A stretch of DNA of 61,530 nt, filler included, from Choristocarpus tenellus KU-1152 (Eukaryota; Protista; Phaeophyceae): the NCBI GenBank assembly GCA_964200185.2. It is 15 parts of 15 records of this genome, joined end to end, with 100 filler letters (N's around TTAATTAATTAA, not from the genome) between each part and the next. Parts side by side here need not be neighbours in the genome. Positions count along the whole stretch, not along the records: positions 11,598 to 14,237 come from CAXNAD020026042.1; positions 14,338 to 18,090 come from CAXNAD020018144.1; positions 18,191 to 24,039 come from CAXNAD020009601.1; positions 24,140 to 28,385 come from CAXNAD020015507.1; 11 more parts are not named here. One strand, given 5' to 3'. The translations under genes and the position numbers were made by a program. Below the pieces are notes generated by a model. It did no database searches. It was not told the DNA's origin and was given only the letters and a program-made list of their open reading frames with translations. Positions 13,514-27,849 of this stretch are shown here, one piece after another. Within the stretch, counting starts at the first letter, position 1, and each line of letters opens with the position of its first letter.

Positions 13514-13551
13514 CCCTAACCCTAACCCTAGCCCTAGCCCTAACCCTAGGG
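13514..13551. repeat. Interstitial telomere-like (CCCTAA/CCCTAG)n
   Basis: Six hexamers. Shorter TTAGGG runs at about 59026-59048 and 60451-60462. Confidence 0.8.
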
Positions 13552-14664
13552 ATCTACGGAGAATCAGACCACAAGAGTGTTTAGTCATACAATATTCTAG
13601 GGATCTAGGGAGAATCAGCAAAAGATTTAAAAAAAAAGAGACCCCAAGAATGTTTCGTCAAAAGAGTATTCTAGGGATCTAGGAATAATAATAATAATAA
13701 CAAATGTTTCCTATGAATGCCGTATCAGACGAGAGCAGTCCCTTGAGCAACCTGCTCATTTCCTCAACGCCTGGCCAGGTAGCAACAACTCCAATTCATA
13801 TCTACATACATACATCGAAAGGCATCTATCAATCAATCCATTCACTTCATTAAAAAAAAAAATACACACACATACATATATATATATAGATACATATATT
13901 GTGCTCACCATCTCCCCCCCCCAAAAAAAATAAAAAAATAAAAAAATGGAACATACCTGCCCCCCCCAAAAAAGTCATCTTTGTACGGAAGCACCGTGTC
14001 CGGATCCATCACTCCCATGGACATGAACCCCGAGAGCATCACACGAGCATCCCCCATCCCTACTGAGAGAGTGTCTGTTCCACGGGCCGTGGAGAGCCAC
14101 ATTGCATCCAGCAGATGTCTTTGTTTCATTTCGAGGCAGTCAATGCCACAGAGCCATTGGAGGGTGCCCCAGAGCATCATATCATTTTGTTTCAGGACAG
14201 ACCCCAAGTTTTTTTTTTTTTAAGAGGGAGAGAGCGGNNNNNNNNNNNNNNNNNNNNNNNNNNNNNNNNNNNNNNNNNNNNTTAATTAATTAANNNNNNN
14301 NNNNNNNNNNNNNNNNNNNNNNNNNNNNNNNNNNNNNCCCCTCCCCCAGATACTTTGGGTCCAGAGTTCTTTTTCATTTTTTTTCGGACACTGTGGTGGA
14401 AGTTATACACATTGAAGCATACATATCCGAATGCTTTGGGTGGCAGTTATATCCATGAGATTACCACTAGAAACAATTATCACAGCTGAGGCACCCAAAG
14501 TCCAGTTCGCAACCAACCTAAAAGGTTTCTCTGAGGCATGGCAGCATGGATACCATATTTCGAAATACTGCACAATATTCTAGAATGTAAGAGAATGTAG
14601 TATCTGAAGATCCCTCCATACTTCCTTCCCTCGCACAATCTACATATTTGCTCCCAATGACAAG

Positions 14665-14871
14665 GTGGATGAGTGCCCAGATCGACTGGTGTCCTGCTCG
14701 GAGTGCAAGGACTCCCTCCACTTACGGGGATTCCCCCTCCATTCCTCTCTACTTTGCCCCGCTGCATATTGGGTCTGTGGGTGTGGACTCAAGACAAGGA
14801 TGTCAGAAAGGGAGGAGCATTTGCGTTCTTGTGAGGCGTTCAAGGACTCCTGGGAATCTGTGTTGGAGAAG
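14665..14871 (+). CDS. Internal exon encoding TRAF-type zinc-finger repeats
   Basis: aag|GTG...AAG|gtgag, 69 codons: DECPDRLVSCSECKDSLHLRGFPLHSSLLCPAAYWVCGCGLKTRMSEREEHLRSC. Confidence 0.65.
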
Positions 14872-17800
14872 GTGAGGCTTGTAGTCCGAAACCTTGGTCA
14901 CTGCTATCCTATGCTCCATTCCTCACAGTGCAAGGGGGTGCAACTGAGACTTGCAGCACCCTCTTCTTTTGATTAGAATGTGTACACGTGCGACTGCTCT
15001 CTGTTCATTGGTTGCAGGGTGGCATATATCTACAATGACACAAGTTGGCGATGATTCTTGAGTATAGTGGCTACTTTGAAGTAAGGTATTTCAAGTCAGC
15101 ATAGTGGAGCACGCACCACCCAACTTGTAAATGAATTTCAAGTACAATCCTTATGCCATGGATAACCCTTCATGTAGTAGAGAGTGTTGTACACACAATG
15201 CTGCCCAAGAGTTCATCTAGTGAGTGTGCAGCACTGTGTCATGTTTTGAAGAACAAAATGTCTCAAACCTGCGCAATATTGTATAACACCACAGGGTGCT
15301 CTAGAGCTTACCATTGAGTTATCAGGTGTGCCATTATCAGTAATATAAAATCTTGGTCGACTTTTCCCATGATACAATACGACTGTGAGAGAAAGAAATG
15401 GTAGTGATAAAAATTTACATAATGCTGTCAATAATTTGCGACATCCTGTCCTTCTGATCAGTTGGTAGCGTTTCTTTCACGGTAGTGGCAATAGCTGAAT
15501 TTTTATCCAATTTTCCAGCGACCTCAAGACGAACCTCAATCAAACATTTCCTACGCTGACCCACAAGCTGTTCAACTTTGAGCCATCAAGATGGAGAATT
15601 TAGTTGGTAAATGGGAAGATTACATGGTGCAGGAAGCGACTAGAGCTGCTGTGATCTGACCTCAAACCATTCATATTTCTACTTCAAGGACAGATATTTT
15701 TACTCTTCTTATTGGTACTACTACTACTACTACTACCACTACTACTGCAACTACTACTACCACTACTCCCATCCATGTGAGCATAAAATCGCTCTTCAGG
15801 GTACTAGAAGCACACTTGTACTTGAAGGAAGTCACAAGGGCTCAAAACACTCAGTGATGCTCCCTTCTAAGATAAATTGGATCAAAACCTGTCAGTACCA
15901 GTTAAAGCATGTGCCACAATATTTGTGAAGATTTCGTATCATATGAGCAAAAACAACCATACAGACTTCTACGCTAAAGCCGACACAGTAAAAAAATCAA
16001 CAGTACTGACAAACAACATTTTGAAACTTTCATGTCTGTGGGATCGATAAGAGCCTTCAATCGCTGTGTTCCTTGCCTCTTGAATTTTGGTCAATAAATA
16101 CAAAGAAATACTGTAATGGTCTGGTTACCTGCTTATTTATTAAGACTAGTCGGATGAGACAAACAGGTAACCTCAAGACAAACACAAGTACTGTTTGGGC
16201 CCATGATCTGACCGAGAACGTTTAAGACGATAGGGCCACGTCCGTTTGGGGTAATAAATCCAATGTTGTGATTTTGAAATTTTTTGACTATCGTAAAATC
16301 CTTGCTACCGGACACACCTTTCATAGTTGTAAATATTTTAGGTAACTGTGTTCACACAGAAAACCGAAAAAGGGCATAGAAAACCCGTCAGAAGCCAGGC
16401 CCCAAACAGACAAACAGGGCCAAAATCCTACCCTCTTAAACGCCTGGGGCTCTTTATGTGCACTATACAGGTATGGCCACCTTCAGTACACACTTCGAAC
16501 GTACTCAGAGTATTTTGTTGTCATTGGCTGTATCAGTATGCCCTGAGCTGTGGAAGAGTAATGCACACATACGCACAGTCATTCTTCTGTATATTTTGGA
16601 GGAGAATACCACTCAACTACTGGGGCAATGCAGACCACACAACGTTTTCAGGTGCTGTACCCACTATATCCCCACACTTCTAAACAAAGGAACACGTCCT
16701 CTCTTGCTCTGATTTTCGGTTTACACTGTTGCCCCTCCTTAGCTGCTAGGAAGCATGCCGAAGATCGAGGTGAAACGTCGAATTGGTAAGGTAAGAAGGA
16801 GTGTTGATATTCGTATCACTCACGTGCATAATGGGTGCACATAGACGTGCGCGCGCGCACACACACACCGCACAAATATCCATACAAAAGAGCGTAAATC
16901 CTAGGACACAGTTAGAAGGGCTTTGCCTTGCCAGTTCCTTACATGTCATTCTCTAAACTTGTATTCAATGTTTTAATGGCCATGTACTCGTCTCCCTCCC
17001 CCAACTGTGCCATGAATATGTGTTCAAACAATCTTTGCCATTGCGTTCAGCACAAGGCCCTGCTAAATATTGATTCCATCTGGGCTTTCGTACTGAAGTG
17101 ATCCGGTGCTTCCCCTGGGTAGAAGACTGAGGGCGATGCATCTGTTTTGTTGTTTCGTGCCTTGACTGGCAAGGCCATTGCATTGAAGTGGTATTGATGA
17201 TCTGCGCATACATAAACACACTCAAGTCTTCTTAGGCAGACTTTTTGGAAAGTTTGGGGGTCTCCAACTTAATTTCCAACACTTACTGGTTCAGGCCCTG
17301 TGATACTTAACCCAAAAGAAACTGAATGGTCAGGGGTGAAGATCGAAACAGGCTGAACCTAACATGTCATTTCTCCTTACCTGAAGAGGACAACGAAGTA
17401 CTTGTTTAGAATCCACTAGAATTCGCGAGGTATTTTTATTTCATATTTATTTTTCAAAAAAATAACCAGCAATGATCCCAGCCCACCGTTAGAGGCACTG
17501 CACACTGCACTATCTCTCATACTAATTACTTTAGTATTGGCTATCTGCTGTTGAACTAAAAGATTCATTGAGCTGCCTCCGTTCCTGCCTTGCTTCTAAC
17601 ATATTGGATTGAGCTCTCCCACTGCTTGTCACTCTGTCTCCTCCATAAAATCTACCCCAAGTTTTCCACCTTGATCTTGCTCCAGAGTTTTTATGATATA
17701 GCATAGACAGGATAGAATAGGCGTACAATCTATTGTGCTTGCCATACGTAGAGTAGGTAATCGAATCTCTATTTTTGTTCAAAGAAGTCTAGTGTTGAAT

Positions 17801-18400
17801 GGGTTCGAACCTGCTATATTCATGTGGGTACCTGTCGCCTAAACTACTGAAACATGAGGATGCCCTAAAGGCATGTACTATACAAGTGGGTTGCTCGCAG
17901 AGGAGTGGACACTTTCTACAGTATAAATATTGAGATATTTTACATCACACTGTAGTACAATCGTTTTCATCTTATCATTGTGACCAAACAAGACTAGGGA
18001 TACAGTGAAACAGTACCAAGGACAGCAACTAACTGAGGTGTCATCCAGATGTAGAGCACGATCTTAGAGATAGAGCGAATTCAGCACGCCNNNNNNNNNN
18101 NNNNNNNNNNNNNNNNNNNNNNNNNNNNNNNNNNTTAATTAATTAANNNNNNNNNNNNNNNNNNNNNNNNNNNNNNNNNNNNNNNNNNNNCTGCTCCCCC
18201 CCCCACTAACCCCGCTGTGCCCCCCCCTCCTCCCCCCCAGCCCACACTTCCCCCACCAACTCCAGAACCTGTTATTGCAGCTGCTAGTGCGCCCGCCCCC
18301 AAGCTGAACGACCGGCTTGTTTTGAAGCTACCACTGCCACGCGACACAGGAGTCACATCTCGTGTACCACCCCCACCACCCCCAGTCACTGATCCTACAG

Positions 18401-18617
18401 TCGATCCCACTGCTGGAACATCCTCACTATACCCAGTGGAGGGAGAAGCAGAGGCGGGCCAAACTTCTGGAAGTTGAGAAGGTTTGCCTCGACTGGCGCC
18501 TCTTGGGTTGCCTGGGCATGCAGGACGTAGAAGAAAATACAATGCGTGCACACAAAAACATACATGAAAGAGAGCAAATGATATTTGAATACGAGCAGCT
18601 TCAGCAGGTGCAGAAGG
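18401..18617 (+). CDS. Possible host exon, coiled-coil-like, unknown product
   Basis: ctacag acceptor, open frame SIPLLEHPHYTQWREKQRRAKLLEVEK...EYEQLQQVQK, then gtacc. Confidence 0.3.
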
Positions 18618-21600
18618 TACCAATCAAGCCAAACTGGTAGATGGTGAGAGTATCTCAGCGTGTCTCTTGAAGAAATTCAGAAATACAAAAAAAACACAGA
18701 AAGATGATTCACTGCACTGCTGATGTTACTAATGAGGGTGTAAATAGGGCTTATAATATACCACTACATTCAGTATGTACTCTAAACCCACACAACCGCA
18801 TTGTGCTGTATACATACCATTGGTATACTAAACTTGCATCAACGTTGCTCTCTCTGATCGGGTGAGGAGTTCACAATACCTGATTGGCACCAAAATAATC
18901 CAACACCAAAATAATGGTGTACTCTATTGTTGTAACGAGTAGTACTCTGAACTAGTGCATTGTAGGTTTCTCATGTTCAAGCCCACACCAGTAATGCCTT
19001 TGGCTGGTCTCAACGCAAGAACAACAAGTAATACAGAGTAACATATGACTCAATGCAGGCAAACCACACAGGTTCCCCCTCACCGCCAAAAAATAAGTAT
19101 TGGCGACACAGAAACTCCAGATTGCCCCAAAAAAATAATCAGCTGCTGCATGGGAAGGGGTCATCAAGAGGTGCCACAGGGACAATCAACTCTGATACAT
19201 GTTTCCCCATCAAATAGAAGGGGAGGGTTGGCAGTACAAAAAAGAACAGCACATTTTTCTATTGCAAAGGCTCAGCAAATATTAGTTGATCTTGCTCGTG
19301 AGGTTTGATGAAATGTGACATGTGAGGTGAGAAAAGACATCCATTTTCAAGGGGGGCGGCGGTGGGGGAGCATTCCTATGGCACGATGCTATTGATCACA
19401 AATCTCATCTGATACATCAAGATAGTTTTGCAAGGACACAGCAAAACATGTGGACAATATGTAGTAGTTCTAACTCTTACCTCAACCCGTAATCACTACT
19501 GGTAGTATTATCGACATTATAACCAAGATTTGAGGAGATGAAGGTAGGGAAACAAAGGAATAAGACCATATATTTTCATCTTTCACAGCCATAATAATAA
19601 TAATAATACCATGCCTCAACCCCGCAACTAACCCCAAGTCGCTACATTGACCTTTTCCTGTCCCTTACCTCTATCCCCTGAAAATGAACGATTCAACTGG
19701 TTGGTGACATTCCTCGGCGGCAAGGTCTCCAAGGCTCTTGCACCTATCACTCCCCCCCCCTCCCCCCCTGCCAAACCCCCTCTTGCTCCTGTTTGTACCA
19801 CTCCTCCCTCTGGTGTATGAGGTGCGGAAGCACTCCGAGCCCCCTGCCCTTGCCCCCCCTGCTCCTTCAAAGCGGCACCTTGATCAGGCGTGACAACTGC
19901 AACATCACTCCTGATGACGCCTACTCCTTTTCCTTCAAGCGCATTCTTCACTTCATGTCTGATCCGTGGCAATACAATGAAAGCAGGGAGAGGGGGAAGT
20001 GGTTAAGAAGCACTAATAGTGTAGTGATTGACACACTCTACGCACATCCATGTTTCCATCATAGCCCAAATGTAGTATTAAACAAATGTAGTATTAAAGT
20101 TCCTTTATCTTATCGCTACTATTTCCTAATTTTGATTTTAGAAATAGATAGAATGGCACAAATAGTGTTCAACAAAAAAACAAAGCTTTTATTTCCTCAT
20201 AATTCTTCGTGAAAAAGCATCAATTCAGGTGAAATTTTCTCCCTATTCACTTAAACTTGCTCAGCACCCTCAGTATGCACCACACCTCCTAACTTTCCAG
20301 TCCATTCCTGGTAAATTCCATTATGTTAAAAAAGTGAGCCCCATAAGCCAGCTGTCAAAAAATCATTCCTCAGCATAGGCCCTGATAGACCTCTGAACTA
20401 CCTGCTTGGTCTTCAATGGACTATAGAAATCGGGCAGAATTTTGTTGAAACACAGCATACAACATTTCCCACAAAAGATGCATCACATGATAGCTATGAC
20501 CAGGTTCTTAGTTTATCATTTTCTGAAATTGTGAATGCTCGATCATGTAGCCTCCACTACCACTGCAGTACTCCCCACCTTTACTTGACTGACATCAAAA
20601 TATAGCAATATAACTACTAATATAGAATTACAGAACAAAACACAGTCCATGTCAACAATCACCAGAAAGGTTTCACATCATAGCATCACATATAAACTAA
20701 AGCATGACAAGAGTGTATCATAAAATTCACCAATATTAAAAAACAATCACTGCCACCAATATGCCTTAACTCTTACAGTTATGTCTCCTCCACTGAAACA
20801 AAAGGCTTCCTCCTTTCCCCCCTCCCTTCCCCCCTCCCTTCCCCCCTCCCTTCCCCCCTCCCTTACCCCACCCCACCCCCTTCATAATCCCATCTACACC
20901 ACACCTTCTTGGAGTAACAACACCATTTCCCCCGACAGGCACTGGGATAGCAGCACCACCACCACTTTCCTTCTCCAGAGAAATACCTCCCCCCCCCCAA
21001 CCAGCAGTAGAAACAGCAGTGGCAAATACAACAGGAGACTTGCTTGCACCAGTTGCACCAACAGTGTTGCTTGCCACCAGAGGTCCCCTTGGCCCCCGGG
21101 GGCTAAGAACCTCCAACTCAGGTGGAGGTTGGTCTGCTGTTGAAACCAATATCTTAGAATCAGCATCATTTATGGTGCTTGTCACTCCAGCTGACATTGA
21201 CACAACAGCAGGTGTTTCTTCCCTGATCACCTTTCCTCCCTTATCTACCTCGTTCAAACTGACACATCCTTTACCAATACCTATAGTGTCAACAGATGAC
21301 CCAGGCCCAACTGAGGGCAAGTCACCTAACATGACAGCACCAGCTAAGCGTAAATTCCCCCCCCCCACCACGTCCTCCTCTCCCTAGTGCAGATTTTTTT
21401 TGTTGGGGATCCTAATTAATATCCTTCTTTCCCCCCTCCTCACCCCTTGAGGTCCTTTCCACTCCCACCCCCCAACACCCCAAAACTGCGGTAGTCAGAC
21501 ACTACTTAAAACCTGGAGAATCAGAACTTGAGCTGGCTAGCACACTGGCTGTCTGAACTACAGAGGGAACGATGATGTGCAGATGTACGACATTGTCAGT

Positions 21601-24600
21601 TATTGGAGGGTGGGGCGAGGAGGGGACAAGTGAAACAACAGGTCAGAATCCAAAACCCATCAGGACAGGGTAGTATGTAGAGCTGGCGTGCACGAGTATC
21701 AAGGAAAAAACGGCAACGGGGGGGGTTCATTAAGGCAATCACTTTTGAGGCTAAAGGAAAATGAATACATTGCTGAGTTGCGGCAGAGAAAAAGATAAAC
21801 GCGGCTCTTGATCCCCATCCTCTTCTGCTGTAACGATATCGTATTGCATGTTCCCCTGCAAAAAAGTAGGCTTGCACAGTGGTAGGAGCGGAAAGAGGGA
21901 AGCTCTGCCTGTCTGAGGATCAAACATGTCCAGACCCCACCTATCCCATCACAAACACTAACACAAAAAGTACACTCACAACTCCCGATAACACCATCAG
22001 TATCACACTAAATCAGAAGGCCTACTCAACCTCACAACACAGGACATAACAATTCCTGCTTTTCAATCCTCTTCTCACTGGTCTTGGGCAAGTTATTTAG
22101 GTTCACTTCAAGATGAATACATCCTTCATTCTCGGCAAGGATATGCTAAAGGAGGCAACAGGGCGGGAATGCGATACCCTCAAAAGAGGATGTACTTGGC
22201 GAACTGCGTGACCCCTTGAAACTTAGTTGTCTCCCTCTCTTTCCATGGTCAGATTTAGTGGGAGGGGCTATTCTTGAGAAAAGTAAGAGCCTTTGTCGCC
22301 GGATTTTATCAACTCGGAGAAGTCTGAGCTGGGTGTGTTCGTTCTTCACAAACAATACACCATAGAAAAATGACCTTTCCAGTCTACAAGTTCAACACAA
22401 CGATAATCGACAAGAACCTACCTCAATTTTTTGAGGGAGTATACACACGATGTAGTGACATGCACGCAATGATGCGATGGAAGTAGAACCGCCTACTGAT
22501 AGAAGCAACCGGGAGAGCGCATACCAACCGCTATCTTACTAGAGAAAGTAATTCGCCGCGAAACAGACCGCAATTGCAATTTGATCGCCTTATACCTCAG
22601 CTCAGCACTCAGGCCCTCCGCAACACACAGCGAAATGATATCTATCAAGGAAAGAGATCTGGGTTGTAGAGGGGCGCGTTCTGCTCGAACCTTGTCCTGC
22701 TTCTCTGCTCGTTCACGCCTTCAACTCTCAACGACGAAGTGACTGGTTTGGTGGTACGGTCTCGTATGGATATAGCCAGTGTGCATTGGTTGGTTCAAAA
22801 GAGGTACACCCTAAGTGGAAAATGTAAGGCAGGTTTTTCGTTCCTATTATAGATTTCATTAAAGTTTTTCCAACTACGATAAATCGGGTGGGGGGAGAGG
22901 ACGCTACAACAAGAAAGGACCTGTCAAATCCCGTTTGTGACAGATAGTGTCTGTTACAACACAAGTGGCTCTATCAAGGCGTGTCATGCGTCTTATGCTG
23001 GAGACACCAGGGAGATGGGCAAGGAGGGGTCTGTCAGATTCTTGGGATGCTTCCCTACCTCCTCGCCCTGTGGTGTAGGGCTAACCTAGGTTGGAGGCAT
23101 AGCAGGGGAGTGGTGTATCATAGGTGGTAGTCAAATACTAAATACATTATATAGAGATATCTTTCACATTTTTGACCACTTTTACTTTTACAGGGGTTCT
23201 TGTGATATTGAATTGACTTTATCCCTGCAAAATGTCAGAGGACATAACAAAATATAAAATAGTGGGAGGAAAAAAATGTAGTCGGATTGAACTACCACCC
23301 CACCAAGTGTCATGGCTATACCGCTAGGCACCAAGTTGAAGCTGGCGTCAGGAGGCAAAAACTTTGAACCCTCCACAAGTCTCAATAGCAGATTCCAATC
23401 CAAGAACAGTGGGATGTGTAGGTGAGTTGTGGGTGGTGACACCTTGTGCGGAAGACGTGTTGCTGTGTCACTGACACGTTCAATAGTCACACCTCTGGTC
23501 GTATCATGATTTTTGTAAAATAACGAGTAACCGAACTTTTTTTATCAGTTATTCAGTTACTCCGATTAGTCGAACTGAAGTCGATTGACATGTTGCGATT
23601 CACGACACTACCAATTTCCCATCACCTACAATGCTAAACCGGACTAAGAAAAAGTACGGATGAATATGTCTTAGAGGTCTGCAATACCCACAGAAGGTGC
23701 ATCATCCAAGCAATATACACTAACCAAAACCTTGGAGAAGATTATATGATCTTCTTTCATGTTTCAAGAAGTGATAGGAGGTACAAGTACCATGTAATAT
23801 GAACAAAATAGGCCCATATCTCACTTCTCTACATACAATTTTTCACTTTCAACTCTTATTATCAAGTAGTAGTAGTGTTGAAGAGGGATGCTGAACGGAA
23901 ATCTTGAAAGAGGACCCAAGCGATACGTTAATAACCAGACCCCCATAGTAATTATATATATATAACCCTTAAAACAGCCGATTTCAAAAATTGATGATGG
24001 AGCTTTTCATTGAGGATGGGCTTGACCCAAAATTGACTGNNNNNNNNNNNNNNNNNNNNNNNNNNNNNNNNNNNNNNNNNNNNTTAATTAATTAANNNNN
24101 NNNNNNNNNNNNNNNNNNNNNNNNNNNNNNNNNNNNNNNCCCCCCCCCAGATAAATTGGGTCCAGAATTGGAGAGGTTTACTCTAGCTGAAGTAGAAATT
24201 CGTATTGAGCCTGGTACCAAGCCTGTTGATAGGAACCCATACAGAGCAAACCCCCGTAATCAACAAGTAATTGACTTGTGCTTTCATGCTGTGGAAGAGC
24301 AAGGCATCATTGAAAAATGTGCCAGCCCTGGGGGTAGTCCTGTTATCATTGTGGCCAAATCTGATGGCTCCCCACGTTTCTGTGTAGACTATAGGTCGGC
24401 TGTTAACAAACACCTTGTTCGACAGACTTGGCCTATGCCTGATAAGGAGTCTCATATTGATACAGTGGGTGGTGCCAACTTCATCACCGTTTGTGATATT
24501 CACAGTGCATATTGGCAAATTCCTGTTGCTGAAGATGATATTGATAAAACTGATTTTGTTCCTTTCAGAGGCAATATGTTTTGAAGAGGATGCCCATTGG

Positions 24601-25841
24601 GATATCAAATGCTCCCTGGCAATTTCAAACAATCATGTCGTTACCCTTTGCCAATTTAGGGTCACTTAGTGGTTTGCTACTTTACATGGATGATTTGATT
24701 GCTTGTTCTCGCATATGTGAACGACATTCACACTTACTAGAGCAGGAACTCAAAGCTTTGCAAGCAGCAGGTTTAACCTTGAAACCGTCAAAGATCCAAT
24801 TTGGACCTAAAGAAGTACACTTTCTGGGTCACATTTTGTCGTCTGAAGGAATTCGTATCGGTGAAGAGATCGGGTTCGTGCCATCACTGAATTACCCAAA
24901 GCCACTATCAAAGAACTTCGATCTGTCCTAGGTATGATTATTTTTGTGCGTATATTTATACCCAACCTAGCCACAGTAATTGAACCGTTAGCTTACTAAA
25001 AAAGGTGTCCGTAAGAACGTTGATAAAGAATGGGATTGGACCAGGACGCAGTATTTTTTTAAGTAAAAAATTACTCACTGCAGCCCCAATTCTCGTATTC
25101 CCTAACTTTACCAAAGAGTTCGTTATCCACTTTGGTGCCAGTGAGAGTGGTGCTGGAGGTTTTTAGCACAACCCCGATCCGATAATCCTAAACACCTAGG
25201 TATCATTGCTTACTTCATCAAGAAATTTAATGGAACCCAACGTTACTATTCAGCTACATTATGGGGGTGTTATGCAGTCGTTACAGCTATCACTCATTGG
25301 CGACCGTATCTCTGGGGTAGACACTTTACCTGCACTACGATCATACTGCATTGTGTTACTTGTATAGAATGCAGGATATCAGTAACATGCTTACTTGTTG
25401 GGCTATTGCACTTCCATGCTTATGATTTCAATATCAAACACAAGCCTGGTAAGCTCAATGTTCTACCTGACACTCTATCTTGTATTTTCAAGTTTGAGGA
25501 ACAAGAGAAATTCGTTGCTCCAATGCTGGCACCCATCTGTCGCAATGTGCCTATCGGTAGTCGTGCATTTACCACACGTGTTCAAAAGGAATATGAGTTA
25601 TCTGCTTCTAACCTTGACTAAGCAACGCCCGTCCAAAATGATCGTGAACTATTTACTAGTTCCACTACTATGTTCCTGGAGTAGACCCGAAGCAATTACG
25701 CATGGAGCAGGAATCCGAGTTCGGACCATAATTCAGGTATTTGCAGTCCCCCAACGTCGCCTCACCACCTGATAAGGAATCGACGACATCTATCTATGTC
25801 GTATTTTTCCCTTCGTAATGGCTTACTATTTCGTCTGTATT

Positions 25842-26441
25842 TGTGCTATTTACCTTGGGAGGTAATACTCTTTATCAGTAGTGAAGACAAGAAGGTGTGA
25901 AGCCTCACACGATCCCCTTTGCTGAACGGGGAAATAATGGATGGAATTAGAAGAGTGACCTTTGTGAGGTATCTTCTTACTACTGCTTGTTTTGTTATTA
26001 TTTTGTGCTTCCTACTTAAATCAACGGTTATGTCAAAGTAGTTGAATGCAGAATAAAAAACAAAGACAATTCCATTCATAATCCGGATTTACTATGAGCG
26101 AAAGTGTATCTTAGAGGGTAGAGTCGCGTCCACTTGGGGGTCAAAATCCAGTGTGGCGATTTTGATATAATTTTGGCTATTGTGTTTTTGAGGAAGTGTC
26201 AATATCCTTGTTCCGTACACACTTTTTAATGACGTATACATTTTACCTACCCCGAATCATTTCGGAGTAGGAAATGTCATTCAAATTCCGTGGGAAGCCA
26301 AGCCCCAGATGAACAAACAGGGCAAAACTCGTACCCTCTATGATACTTTAACTCCTATCTGATTAGTTACATCACATGGACACATGGATAATCTCTCATA
26401 CACAAAATAAGGTACACCTCACTATTGTCCTATTTTGCACA
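25842..26441 (-). mobile_element. Copia-type solo LTR inserted in the Gypsy pol
   Basis: TGTGC...GCACA termini with GTATT 5-bp TSD (25837-25841, 26442-26446). Its reverse complement matches the LTR end at about 56135-56222 that precedes a Copia PBS. The other end matches 46362-46421. Confidence 0.85.
26096..26354. mobile_element. MITE family B nested in the solo LTR
   Basis: TIRs present; perfect 4-bp TSD CTAT. Confidence 0.85.
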
Positions 26442-27849
26442 GTATTTACCAGATCATCTTTGTAAGAGGAGCACGTTTAGAGACAAGTTGGCCGTTCCTC
26501 ACTCGTTTGTCCGTCTTGTACTCCATGGTTGCCATGACCATGCATTGTCTGCAGGTCACTGAGGTTTCAAACCCACGTTCGATAAAGTTAGAGACTTGTA
26601 TTGGTTGCCAACAGTCAATATCGACGTTCGTACATGGTGTCGTGATTGTCAAGCATGCCAAACGCGTAAGACTACTCACAGCAAAGCTACGCTTCCCACT
26701 GGCCATATTCCCGTTGACAGACCATTTCAACGTGTTGCTATTGATTTGGTAGAGTACAAGACACGTTCCCCAGCAGCAAATGGTGTGATGTGCTCGTATG
26801 TGTTGTCTGTCATTGACCACCTCACTCGTTTTGCTGTGCTGAGCCCTGTTCCAAATAAAGAGGCCGCAAAAATTGCTCGTACACTGGTAGAACATGTATT
26901 TTCAATTTTTGGTCCACCTGCGTTGTTACATTCCGATCAAGGTACCGAATTTGAAAACAGTATTGTTGCAGAGTTGCAGTCTGTCTTTAGTTACAAGAAA
27001 ACCAAAACCACATGAGAGTACTGATGGTCTGAATCCGAAGTTACTTCAACCTTAGGGGGGTTCGTATGAAGTACATTATAGGGTGTCACCCATTGTGTAC
27101 AGCATAGGATTACCTGGAAAGCCATGTCCATTTCCGTTCATCTGGGTAGAATGAAGCGTTACTATCCTCAAGTCCAACCTCCCTCGCCAGATTTAAATTA
27201 ATTGGATTATTTGTTTCTGGGAAAACCATTTCGATTACCAAATGTAGACCATCAAATCTCTCAACCTGTTATTGGCCAATACACTATTGATAGCATTGTT
27301 GGATATAGACCTGGTCCTGGTCGTTGTTCGTCCACTAATGTTATCTATCGCCTTCGTCTTTGTGGCTATGGACCGTCTTGTGATCTTCACAAAAGAATAG
27401 AACAGATCCCACAATGCCGTGAAATGATTGCAGCCTATCGTGCAGTAAATTGATTGGGTAACCAGTAAAATTCTCGTCCCACACAGTGTTGACTTAAGAA
27501 TTCGTATTTACTATGATCATACTCCTTTGCATAGTCTTTATAGCATGCATTGCAGTAATGCTCTAACCTATTGTTTCAAATATATATATATATTGAATGT
27601 ATGTCCTGTACAGATCCTTGTAATTTTTTTTTAGTATTTTTGTGTGTTTTTTATGACTTGTGTGTCTTGGCGGGATCTCGTGGCACCCACATATACCGTA
27701 ATCCTTTACATAGGTTGGCCATCTAGTTTAGATAAATCGTTTGTGTGTCATTTTGTCATAAGATGGATATAGTCTATCATTTTGTGGAGAGATGAGATAA
27801 CTTCGGTCCAGAAGTTTGTTGGGGGTTCAGCCTCAAACGCCCCAACAAA

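Larger units (their letters stand above)
24190..27455 (+). mobile_element. Degenerate Ty3/Gypsy LTR-retrotransposon pol (RT, RNase H, integrase, chromodomain)
   Basis: RT motifs SPVIIVAKSDGSPRFCVDYR, AYWQIPV, RMPIGISNAP, LYMDD and FLGHILS. Integrase zinc finger H...GH...CQAC, core PFQRVAIDL, VIDHLTRF, LHSDQGTEF. C-terminal YTIDSIVGYR...YRLRLCGYGPSCD is chromodomain-like. Many stops and frameshifts. Confidence 0.92.

Noticed and set aside
11736-14207. Possible minus-strand host exons (about 11900-12140, 13250-13380, 13960-14200)
   Set aside because: Splice-like signals exist, but there is no recognisable product or consistent gene model.
15213-17400. Possible degraded minus-strand multi-exon gene
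   Set aside because: Frames contain stops and no family motif could be recognised.
20766-21387. Overlapping 120-200 aa ORFs on both strands
   Set aside because: Low-complexity, G/C-run-rich sequence with no recognisable domain. It may be exonic but I cannot support a call.
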